A DNA stretch of 64,000 bases from contig JBMNFY010000017.1 in the NCBI GenBank assembly GCA_050949565.1, positions 672,001 through 736,000 on the forward strand, in the 5' to 3' direction. The number at the start of each line of letters is the position of its first letter. Positions within the stretch are counted from its first letter, which is position 1. Below the pieces are notes generated by a model. It was not told the origin of the DNA and searched no databases. It saw nothing but the letters and a program-made list of their open reading frames with translations. The translations under genes and the position numbers were made by a program. This document shows positions 40,269 through 49,148 of this stretch, in pieces. This DNA comes from Kiritimatiellia bacterium. GTDB lineage: Bacteria > Verrucomicrobiota > Kiritimatiellia > RFP12 > UBA1067.

Positions 40269-40270
40269 CC

Positions 40271-41179
40271 ATGCCGGAAGAGCGCCAGACGCGTTTCAAC
40301 CAGGCCGAGACGGTGATCCGTATCGCGCTGGTGGTGAACGCCCTGCTGATGGTGGCCAAGCTGCTGGCGGGACGCCTGGGCCACTCCGAAGCGCTCTTTG
40401 CCGACGGTGTGGAGAGTGCCTGCGATCTGGCCATCTCGGCGGCTGCGTTGGCCACGATGCGCTTCAGCCGCCAGCCGTTCGACCGCCAGCATCCCTACGG
40501 CCACGGACGCGCCGAGAGTCTGGCGGCCTTCCTTGTCGGACTGGTGATCATCGGCACCAGCGCGCTGATCCTCTACGGCGCCGTCATCACGATCGCCTCC
40601 GGAGATATTCCTCGTCCGCGCCTCTACACCCTGGCGGTGGCGGCCGCGACCATCCTCCTCAAAGAAACACTGGCGCGGGTCACTTTCCGGCAGGCGCGGA
40701 ACATCGGCAGCCCGGTGCTGAACGCCCTGGCGCAGGATCACCGCAAGGACGCCCTGACCTCTATCGGCACCCTGCTGGGTTGCGGCTGCGCCTTTCTGGG
40801 ATGGCGCTTCATGGACCCGTTCTTTGCCGGCTTGACCGGCCTGCTGATTGCGCATGTGGGAATCAATACCGTGCATGGAGCGGCACAAGACCTGATCGAC
40901 ACCGCGCTACCCGAGGAACGCCTCAATGCCATCAGTGCCGTCGCTGCCGCCGTCGAGGGCGTGGAGCATGTCCACGAGATCCGCGGCCGCAACTCGGGAC
41001 AATACATTATTCTGGATCTCAAACTGGAGATGGATCCCGAGATGACCGTCGCACGGTCACACGAGATCGCCACCGAAGTCAAGCGCCGTATCTTCGAAGC
41101 CGACACCAGCGTGGGCGATGTCATGATCCACATCAATCCCCACGATGATCCCAATCATACGGATCTGATCAGGCTGTAG
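40271..41179 (+). CDS. Cation diffusion facilitator transporter (FieF-like)
   Basis: SEALFADGVES..D, HPYGHGRAE, DHRKDALTS, DP, cytosolic domain ending DVMIHINP. Confidence 0.93.
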   Translation: MPEERQTRFNQAETVIRIALVVNALLMVAKLLAGRLGHSEALFADGVESACDLAISAAALATMRFSRQPFDRQHPYGHGRAESLAAFLVGLVIIGTSALILYGAVITIASGDIPRPRLYTLAVAAATILLKETLARVTFRQARNIGSPVLNALAQDHRKDALTSIGTLLGCGCAFLGWRFMDPFFAGLTGLLIAHVGINTVHGAAQDLIDTALPEERLNAISAVAAAVEGVEHVHEIRGRNSGQYIILDLKLEMDPEMTVARSHEIATEVKRRIFEADTSVGDVMIHINPHDDPNHTDLIRL

Positions 41180-41199
41180 CGGCCAGCGCCGCGGCCGTG

Positions 41200-41262
41200 G
41201 CCGCGCGCGGATTTAGGATTTAGGAGTTAGGAGTTAGGAGTTAGGAGTTAGGAGTTGGGAGT
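41200..41262 (+). repeat. Heptamer tandem (TTAGGAG)n, about 7 units
   Basis: Lies between the convergent CDF and hydF stops and is preceded by CCGCGCGCGGA. Confidence 0.9.
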
Positions 41263-42474
41263 TCAGCAAGTGCCAAACGGCTCCAGGCAACGCTCAAGAA
41301 TGCCCTGCATGTAGGCGATCAGCACCCCGTAGTTGACGATCGGTACGCCCGCGGCCTTGGCCTGATGGATGCGGTAGCGCATCTCGCGGCGGTTGAGCAT
41401 GCAGCCGCCGCAGTGGATAATGAGCGCGAAGCGTGACAGGTCACGCGGATAGGTCATGCCGCTGGTGTGCTCGAAGACAAGGTCACGGCCGGTGTGCTGA
41501 CGCAGCCAGCGCGGAATCTTGACCGTGCCGATGTCATCGCACTGCCGATGGTGCGTACAGCCTTCGGCAATCAGGATGCGGTCGCCGTCCTCCAGCGCCG
41601 CAACCGCCCGCGTGCCGCGCACCTGCTCCGCGAGATCACCCTTGTAACGCGAGAAGAGCATCGAGAACGAAGTCAGCGGCACCTCACGCGGGGTTTCGGC
41701 CGCGACCTTGGCGAACACCTGCGAGTCGGTAACCACCATGCGCGGCGGATGGGCGAGTGCCGCGAGCGCCGCGCGCAGTTCGACCTCGCGCGTGACCAAA
41801 GCCAGCGCGCCGGCCTCCAGGATGTCGCGCACGGTCTGCTGTTGCGGCAGAATCATGCGGCCCTTGGGCGCGGCGGCGTCGATCGGCGTGACCAGCACGA
41901 CCACGTCCCCCGGATGCAGCAGGTCGCCGATCAACCGGATGTCGTCAGCGTCGTCCGGCACGGCTTCGGCCAGCGCCCGCTTGAGCGCCTCGATGCCCGC
42001 GCAGGTGACGGACGAAACCGCCAGCACCGGAGCTCCGCTCATTTCGGCGGCTTGGCGCAACGCATCAGGCGAAGGAGGCTGGAGGTCGGCCTTATTGAAG
42101 ACCGTCAGCAGCGGAATACCCTTGGCGCGCACCAGCGCGAGGATGTCGCGCTCACACGCGCCGACCCCCGACTCCGCCTCCAACACTAAAATCGCCACAT
42201 CGGTCTTGTTGAGCACATCGCGTGTGCGTTCGACGCGCAACGCACCCAGCGCGCCCTCGTCGTCTAGTCCGGGCGTATCAAAGATCACGACCGGGCCGAG
42301 CGGGAGGAGTTCCATCGCCTTGGAGACCGGATCAGTGGTGGTACCCTTGACTTCCGAGACGATGGCGACTTCCTGACCGGTGAGCGCATTGATCAGGCTC
42401 GATTTGCCGACATTGCGTCGGCCAAAGAGCGCGATATGCACGCGCTCGCCTTGTGGGGTGGTGTTGAGGCTCAT
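41263..42474 (-). CDS. hydF: [FeFe]-hydrogenase maturation GTPase HydF
   Basis: RVHIALFGRRNVGKSS, GTTTDPV, DTPG, NKAD, APKGRMILPQQQ, EGCTHH, HCGGCMLN. Start ATG 42474. Confidence 0.95.
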   Translation of the reverse strand: MSLNTTPQGERVHIALFGRRNVGKSSLINALTGQEVAIVSEVKGTTTDPVSKAMELLPLGPVVIFDTPGLDDEGALGALRVERTRDVLNKTDVAILVLEAESGVGACERDILALVRAKGIPLLTVFNKADLQPPSPDALRQAAEMSGAPVLAVSSVTCAGIEALKRALAEAVPDDADDIRLIGDLLHPGDVVVLVTPIDAAAPKGRMILPQQQTVRDILEAGALALVTREVELRAALAALAHPPRMVVTDSQVFAKVAAETPREVPLTSFSMLFSRYKGDLAEQVRGTRAVAALEDGDRILIAEGCTHHRQCDDIGTVKIPRWLRQHTGRDLVFEHTSGMTYPRDLSRFALIIHCGGCMLNRREMRYRIHQAKAAGVPIVNYGVLIAYMQGILERCLEPFGTC

Positions 42475-42749
42475 GGCAGATGGTAAAGAGTGTCTGGTTG
42501 AAAAGCCCCAGTGTAAATGCGTCCGCCCCGCGCCGTCAATGGTTTGTGGTTGGTCGATAGAATCGAAGGAATCGACGGAATCGAACAATTCGAGTCTTTC
42601 GATTCCACCGATTCTGCCGGTGTCCTGAAAAAAATCGGGGATGTTACGCTTTCGTGTTGCTGTCACGCTGCATACTGTGGTATGCTCCTCATCACGGTAA
42701 CAGTACAGCTTGCGCTGGGCATGGAGCCCGCGTCAACCGGAGTTGTTTT

Positions 42750-44057
42750 ATGCCCAAATTCGCATATATCGCTGTGGATTCCGCGGGAAAAGAGAGCCGC
42801 GGCACAATCGAAGCCCCCAACCAGGCGCAGGCCGTCGCTAAAGTGCGCGGCATGGGTCTTTTCCCCACGGCGATCGGAGCGGCCGGCGGGTCTGAGGGGG
42901 GGGGCGCTGCCAAGCCCGCGCCCGCGCCCGCAGCCAAGAAGGCCGGCAAGAAGTCCATGGGGCAGACGAAGATCGAGATCAAACTGCCCAAGTTCCTCCG
43001 CCCCAAGGTCAAGCACGAAGGATCTTATGACGCTCACGCGCCAGCTCGCGACGTTGGTGGACGCGGGACTGCCGCTGCTGCGTGGCCTGCATGTGTTGCA
43101 GCGGCAGACCCCCCACGTGACGCTCAAGGAGGCCTTGGCCGGGATGTGCGAATCGGTGGAGAGCGGCAGCACTTTCTCGGAGTCGCTGCTGAACTATCCC
43201 TAAGATCTTCGACAATCTTTATGTAAACATGGTGAGGGCCGGCGAGGCTGGCGGTGTTCTTGAGGTGGTGCTCAACCGCTTGGCCGAGTTTGCCGAGAAG
43301 GGCGAGAAGATCAAGAACAAGGTCAAGGGCGCGATGGTCTACCCGATCGTGGTCTTGGTCGCGGCCGTCGGTATCACCGGCTTCCTGCTGGTCGCGGTGA
43401 TCCCGAAGTTCAAGGACATCTTTAATGACCTGCTCGAGGGCAAGCCTCTGCCGGCGATCACCCAGTTCGTGATGGACGCCAGCCATCTGGTCATGAACAA
43501 CGGCTTGGCAGGTGGTCGTGGCCATTGTTGCGTTCATTGTGCTGTTTAAGCTCTTTGCCAAAACCAAGTTCGGGCGCTACATGGTCGACACGGCCAAGAT
43601 CAACGCGCCGATGTTCGGTTCGTTGGTGCGCAGGACCGCTGTGGCGCGCATGACGCGTACGCTTGGCACGCTGCTCGCCTCGGGCGTGCCGGTGCTGCAG
43701 GCGATCAACATCGTGCGCGACACCACCGGCAACGAGGTCCTCGTGCGCGCCATGCAGAGCGTGCATGACGCCGTCAAGGAAGGTGAGAGCATGACCGCGC
43801 CGCTGGCGGCCTCCAAGGTCTTCCCCCCGATGGTGGTCTCGATGGTGGAGGTCGGCGAGGAGACCGGCGCTCTGCCGGACATGCTGATGCGTGTCGCCAA
43901 CACCTATGATGATGAAGTGGACAACGCTGTGGCGGGCCTGACCTCGGTGATCGAACCGTTGATGATCATCGTACTGGCCGTGGTCGTCGGCACGATCGTC
44001 ATCGCGATGTTCATGCCGATGATTCAGATCATCACCACGCTCGGGTCTCAAGCGTAA
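42750..44057 (+). CDS. pilC: Type II secretion/type IV pilus platform protein (GspF/PilC); three +1 frameshifts (~43014, ~43201, ~43506)
   Basis: [22 protein letters not shown]; [14 protein letters not shown]; [12 protein letters not shown]; GAMVYP; [11 protein letters not shown]; VGEETGAL; IEP..I; AMFMP, spread over four frame segments. Confidence 0.9.
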
Positions 44058-44142
44058 TAGCGCCGCCCGGAGCAGCAGAATCGCGTGTCCGACACCCAAG
44101 TGCCGGACACGCACGGATAACCGGCTCGACAGGAGATTAGTA

Positions 44143-45161
44143 ATGAAAATGTTTGAGCAGAAAAGAGCGTCCGACAGGACGCACCGGCAACGGAGTGCCT
44201 TCACCTTGATTGAGATGATGGTGGTGGTGGCGTTGGTCGGTATCTTGATCGGAGGCGTGTTCCGCCTGCTCAACGCGGCCGGTGAAGGCGCCAAACGTGG
44301 TGAGACGATTGAGCGCATGCAGCGCATCGAAAACGCCCTCTCCGGCTTCTACGCCGCCTACGGGTCCTATCCGCCGGTGGAGCAGCACGGATCGCCCGAT
44401 CCCTTCGTTGAGGAAGCTCCGGACGGCACCACGTCACCGGTGTCCTCGCTGGAGGCCGAAAACGCCAACCGCGCGGCAGCCTGCCAGCCGATGGCGTTCG
44501 AGTTCCCGCCGATGCAGGCCCTCGACGACTATATTGCCACGAGATTTCAGTCCCAAGGCATCTTGTCTCCCAACAGGAACCCCGGCATCTTCACCCAGAG
44601 TGAAAAATGGCCGCAGATGAAGCTGTACCGTTACGGAGTGGTCTCCTTTTTGGTCCCCCGTTACGACGCGATCGGCGATTTCACGCTAGACCCATCCAAT
44701 CAATACGAACCCAGACCGATTGACACCAAATTGGCACCTAATGAGGGTCTGTACAAGAATCACAAGCAGTGGACGAATTACAATCCCGCGAGAAAGGCCA
44801 AGGCAGAGCGGGAGGCCTGCGCGCGCTGGCTGCCCAATCTGCAGAGGGATTGTTCGCGGTGGCAGGAAAGCTGCTGGGGGTGCAGACCGGAACCCCGAAC
44901 ACCGATAATGACGCAGTGTTTTCTCCGGCGTACACCAAAGGCGGCAACAAGTATGTTCTCCGCATGATGACCATTCGGGATGCCTGGGGCAACGATTTCT
45001 ACTATCATTCGGCTCCGCCCTACCAGAGCTACCGCCTTTGGTCGGCAGGCCCCGACGGCGTCACCTTCCCGGCCGATTATCCGCTACAGCAACTGAACAC
45101 TTCGGACCGCAAGACCGTGAGCGGTTGGATCAAGGACGACATCGCGCGCCCGTCGCGGTAA
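44143..45161 (+). CDS. Prepilin-type (GspG-like) protein; frameshift near 44840-44870
   Basis: RSA/FTLIEMMVVV; C-terminus in another frame, DAWGNDFYY...YRLWSAGPDG. Confidence 0.82.
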
Positions 45162-45199
45162 AGGGGATTGAGGAACCGCAAGCCAAAATGAGGATGACC

Positions 45200-45859
45200 A
45201 TGAGAATGACTTCTAAGAACAAAAAACGTTGCGGCTTCACGCTGGTCGAGATGCTGGTGGTGATCGGCATTTTGGGCATCCTCTCGGCGGGGCTCATCAG
45301 CTCGTTCTCGCACGTCCGCAAGGCCGCACTTAAGTCAGAGGCGCAGAATCAGGTCGCGGAAGTGGCGACGGCCTTCACCCTGTATCTGCAAAAAGAGCGG
45401 GTCTGGCCGCAAGCGTGGCTAGACGCAGACAAGCGCGAGATGGACGAAGAGGTGTGCTGGTATTTCCAGGATGCCAAGCTGTTGGATGTCTCCACCTACA
45501 TGTATGAAGGTGGCAAAGTCAAGGAGATGACCGACGCGAACATCAACGAGCAAAGCCTCGACCGTTTCGGGCTGCTGGATCCGTGGGGGCGGCGCGCGCT
45601 GAAAAAAAAGGCTAACGCCACGAAAAACGACAGGGTGCCGAACGGCGGCACCTTCGAGGAGCACCGCATCCAGTTCCGCCTCGACAAAAATTATGACGGC
45701 TGGGTAGACCAGACTGAAGGGTTGCCCGCAAAGAGCAGCAAGGTGCGTGCGTCAGTCGTTGTATGGTCGCGCGGGCCGGACGGCAAAGATGATCTGGATC
45801 GCTTCGGTAAGCCTATGGACGACAGCCTGAGTTGGCCGTTCGCCCTTTACGAAAAATGA
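45200..45859 (+). CDS. Prepilin-type (GspG-like) protein
   Basis: KKRCG/FTLVEMLVVIGILGIL; LLDPWG; VWSRGPDG. Start among 45188-45206. Confidence 0.88.
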   Translation: MRMTSKNKKRCGFTLVEMLVVIGILGILSAGLISSFSHVRKAALKSEAQNQVAEVATAFTLYLQKERVWPQAWLDADKREMDEEVCWYFQDAKLLDVSTYMYEGGKVKEMTDANINEQSLDRFGLLDPWGRRALKKKANATKNDRVPNGGTFEEHRIQFRLDKNYDGWVDQTEGLPAKSSKVRASVVVWSRGPDGKDDLDRFGKPMDDSLSWPFALYEK

Positions 45860-45875
45860 GTGTGAGGGATCAAGC

Positions 45876-46409
45876 ATGAAGAGATCGACAAAGAAAATCA
45901 CGCGGCGCGGCTTCACCATCGTTGAGCTGCTGGTGGTGATTTCGATTATGGCAATCGTCGCCACACTGGCGACCGGCGCGGTTCTGCGGTCGATGCGCCA
46001 AAGCCGTGTGAGGCGTGTGGAAATGATGGCGAAATCGCTTGAGGCCGCCATCATGAGCTACCGCTCGCTCACCGGCGAATGGCCCTGTGACTTCGGCACT
46101 CCCGACCCTGTGGGGGCTGGTGTTAGAAAAGACGGCCCGGAGCATGCGGAGGTCAAAACTTTCGAGGGCAAAGAGAACGCCAGGGTCTTCAAGAAGATCT
46201 TTGAAGAGGTCAAAAAAGGACGTCCCTTGCTGGACACATCCAGCCTCTTGACGAGCGTCAGCGGCAGGCGTATGACCGTGCGCGAAGCGCTTGAACGGGG
46301 TGAAACCGACATCCCAGTCGGGTATGCTCACCCCGAGAACCAGCAGAATTTTGTTTTCTTTAAAGTGGTCTACAATTTCCAGACGGACATGATCACTGTC
46401 CACCAGTGA
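45876..46409 (+). CDS. Prepilin-type protein
   Basis: RRG/FTIVELLVVISIMAIVATL; Y....GEWP. Confidence 0.88.
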   Translation: MKRSTKKITRRGFTIVELLVVISIMAIVATLATGAVLRSMRQSRVRRVEMMAKSLEAAIMSYRSLTGEWPCDFGTPDPVGAGVRKDGPEHAEVKTFEGKENARVFKKIFEEVKKGRPLLDTSSLLTSVSGRRMTVREALERGETDIPVGYAHPENQQNFVFFKVVYNFQTDMITVHQ

Positions 46410-46419
46410 CCCCCGGCTG

Positions 46420-47304
46420 ATGAGGAGCGGTGCCCAGATGTGCGCGAATAAACCCATACAGAGAGCGGCCCGGACGAAAAGGAACCGCGGCGGATTCTCC
46501 CTGATTGAGCTACTGGCGGTGATGGCGATTGTGGCGATGCTCTCCACGCTGGCCGTTACGAGCTACTTCAGCGCGATCCGCGGCATGTCGAGCCGCACTG
46601 CGCGCGACAACTTCTACAACGCGCTCATGATGGCCCGCCAACGCGCCTGTATCGATGGTTGCCGCGTCAGCCTGATCGTTTTCAACGAAGCCGCCGCCTT
46701 CGATGCGTCGGGCACAGCGATCAGCGACCTCGCCGCTTCGTTCGTCGTGTGCCGTGAACTGGGCCGGTTCTCGTTCGTCAGCGGGAACTTCCTGTTCGAC
46801 GAGTTTTCAGATCTAGGTTCGCTGTTCCGGAAAAAACAGGCGGGGGACTCCGCCGGCACCTCGGCAGGGTCGGTCAAACTCTACAATTTGTCGCAGGGCG
46901 CCTGGACACTGGTCGGGCCCTATGTGGACTGGAAGACCGTGGGTTCCTCGGCTGAGTTGCTCTACAGCGGGGGGAACTTTTCAATCAATGCCCACGCTTT
47001 GGAGAGGTTAACCGGAAGCGGCACCGCATCGACAGGGAGTACGAACTGGAAAACCGGAGACTCGTATGGGGTCGAGATCACGCCGATCAAATCGTTGCCC
47101 AAAGGGTTCGTTTTCGACGAATTGAACAACAACCTCACCTCAGGCGATACACTGAAAGATGTTAGAAGCGTGACCTTCGAGCCGGACGGCAGCGCCATCA
47201 GAGGCGCAACCTTCACGATCCGGAGCCAGACCAGAGATCCCAACGTCCAAGGGATGAGGTTTACAGTTTCCACGCAGGGCAATATCACGGTGACAACAAA
47301 CTGA
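46420..47304 (+). CDS. Minor pilin, FimT/GspH-like (Verru_Chthon D-like)
   Basis: RGG/FSLIELLAVMAIV; ALMMARQRA; VTFEPDGS. Confidence 0.85.
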   Translation: MRSGAQMCANKPIQRAARTKRNRGGFSLIELLAVMAIVAMLSTLAVTSYFSAIRGMSSRTARDNFYNALMMARQRACIDGCRVSLIVFNEAAAFDASGTAISDLAASFVVCRELGRFSFVSGNFLFDEFSDLGSLFRKKQAGDSAGTSAGSVKLYNLSQGAWTLVGPYVDWKTVGSSAELLYSGGNFSINAHALERLTGSGTASTGSTNWKTGDSYGVEITPIKSLPKGFVFDELNNNLTSGDTLKDVRSVTFEPDGSAIRGATFTIRSQTRDPNVQGMRFTVSTQGNITVTTN

Positions 47305-47321
47305 GCGCAGAGAGAAAACAG

Positions 47322-47879
47322 ATGAAACATGCAGCACATAATGCCGGCTTTTCGCTGATGGAGGTTAACATGGCGGTTTTCGTCATGGCTATCGGCATCC
47401 TGGGCATGGTGGCGCTCTTCCCGCTCGGGTTGCGCGAAGGCGTGCAGGCGCGCGCCGATCTCAAGCAGGCGATGTTCGCTGACCATGCGCTCAACCAGAT
47501 CGTCGCGATCCTCTCGCAGACCAACATGACGTGGAGCGTGTGGAAAGGGTTGGACGGATTTGAAGGCGACGGCAGCAAGCTACAGGGCAAATTGACCACC
47601 GTGACACCCAAAGGGTCAGGGGGATCGGTCGATTTAGGGGAGACGCTTCGGGAGAATTGGACAATCGGTGTCGACGGAACAACGATGAAGAATACCCATT
47701 TCCATATTGTCTGCTTCATGCCGGATGATACGCCTTCTGGGCGTATTCTGGGGGTCACGGTGCGCTCGACCGATACCGACGATCCCTACCCTTCCACCGA
47801 AAAAGAACGGAGAGCTTGGGAAACCCGCCATCCGCCCTACTACGCTGAAGTATTATTCAACGGCGACCCCACGCAATGA
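47322..47879 (+). CDS. Minor pilin, PilV/GspI-like (Verru_Chthon B-like)
   Basis: NAG/FSLMEVNMAVFVMAIGILGMVALFPLGL. Confidence 0.85.
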   Translation: MKHAAHNAGFSLMEVNMAVFVMAIGILGMVALFPLGLREGVQARADLKQAMFADHALNQIVAILSQTNMTWSVWKGLDGFEGDGSKLQGKLTTVTPKGSGGSVDLGETLRENWTIGVDGTTMKNTHFHIVCFMPDDTPSGRILGVTVRSTDTDDPYPSTEKERRAWETRHPPYYAEVLFNGDPTQ

Positions 47880-47899
47880 CCCCTTGGGAAAAGAGAGCA

Positions 47900-48610
47900 A
47901 TGAAAAACAGAAACAGACACGGCTTTTCAATGATCGAAGTCATGGTCGCCGCGACCATTCTGGTGGTGATCGTCATGATGCTCGGCATGCTCTTTCAGCA
48001 GACCAGCGTGGCGTGGCGTACCGGCCTGATGCGTAGCGACGGCTACATGCAGCTCCGCGCCTTCATCGGCGCACTCCAGCGAGATGCTAGCGCGATGATT
48101 GATGCCAACCAGATCCCCCAGAGCCTGCTCTGTAACAATCAAAAACAGAAGTTCGAGTCAGGCGAGATCCGGTTCTACACCATGACAGGCACGTTGCGCC
48201 CCGATCCGAATAATCCAAGTACGCTACAAGACTTCCGTGCCCTGAACTTCATTACATACAACACTGGCGGCAAGCGGACCCAACGGCGGCTGGAGCCGAA
48301 TGGAACATGGAGCGAGGAAGAATCCTCCAACGTTCTGTCACCGCCGAACATCGGCGCAAACCCCGATAAACCGCAGGTCGCGGCCAAAGGCTTCAGTTTC
48401 GCTTTTCAGAGCGGCACGGAGTACGACATCGCTGGCAACGTAGTCCCCAACGCCAGCCGCTACCCGCTCTTTCTCACAGTGGAGTCAGATGTGACCCAGA
48501 AAGGGCGGTTGTACGATGTCGGTGCTGAATGTTCGGGACCTGACAAAAAGTTCGGGACCGGGCCATCGGATGCGGCCGGCAAAGACGACATCCGGACGTG
48601 GGTGCAGTAG
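47900..48610 (+). CDS. Minor pilin, PilW/GspJ-like (Verru_Chthon C-like)
   Basis: RHG/FSMIEVMVAATILVVIVMML..LFQQTS.AW; L.RD; C-terminal SGPDKKFG..DDIRTW. Confidence 0.85.
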   Translation: MKNRNRHGFSMIEVMVAATILVVIVMMLGMLFQQTSVAWRTGLMRSDGYMQLRAFIGALQRDASAMIDANQIPQSLLCNNQKQKFESGEIRFYTMTGTLRPDPNNPSTLQDFRALNFITYNTGGKRTQRRLEPNGTWSEEESSNVLSPPNIGANPDKPQVAAKGFSFAFQSGTEYDIAGNVVPNASRYPLFLTVESDVTQKGRLYDVGAECSGPDKKFGTGPSDAAGKDDIRTWVQ

Positions 48611-48700
48611 AGGACGGAGGGGCACGGCGTGAAAACTGAATGCAGAACGTTCAACGTTCAACGCTCAACGCCCAACACTCAATTTTTGAAGGAGAGAGAC

Positions 48701-49123
48701 GTGAACAAGCGACGGAGAGAGGCCTTTACCTTGATGGAGATGATGGTGGTCATCGGCATGCTGGGCGTGCTGATGGGGGTCACCTTTTCCGGCATCGGCC
48801 AGGCCAAGACGCGGGCGCGCGTCGCCAAGGCCAATGCCGAGGTGCGCGAACTGGTCAATGCCCTCCTCGCCTATGAAGCCGCCGAGGAAGAACTGGAGGT
48901 CACGCCCGAACCGGTCGAAGCCAATGCGACGACGCTCGCTTTCCTGCTCGGCGATGCGGGGGGGCCCGTGTACCTGAACATGAAGTCGCGTGACGGTGTC
49001 TTCCGTGACCCTTGGGGGCAACCCTATCGTTTCCGCATCGGGCTCAAGGTGGAGTCCAGTAGTGCGGAGAAGATGTCTGCGACGGTAACCTTCCCGAACC
49101 GCCACCAACATGCTAGATGGTAA
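48701..49123 (+). CDS. Prepilin-type (GspG-like) protein
   Basis: GGAG then GTG 48701; RREA/FTLMEMMVVIGMLGVL; DPWGQPY. Confidence 0.85.
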   Translation: MNKRRREAFTLMEMMVVIGMLGVLMGVTFSGIGQAKTRARVAKANAEVRELVNALLAYEAAEEELEVTPEPVEANATTLAFLLGDAGGPVYLNMKSRDGVFRDPWGQPYRFRIGLKVESSSAEKMSATVTFPNRHQHARW

Positions 49124-49148
49124 CCCCCCTGATATGATAGGTAACAGT

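Noticed and set aside
39527-40270. 550-aa N-terminally extended CDF protein
   Set aside because: The extension overlaps DUF711 in another frame; the real start is ATG 40271.
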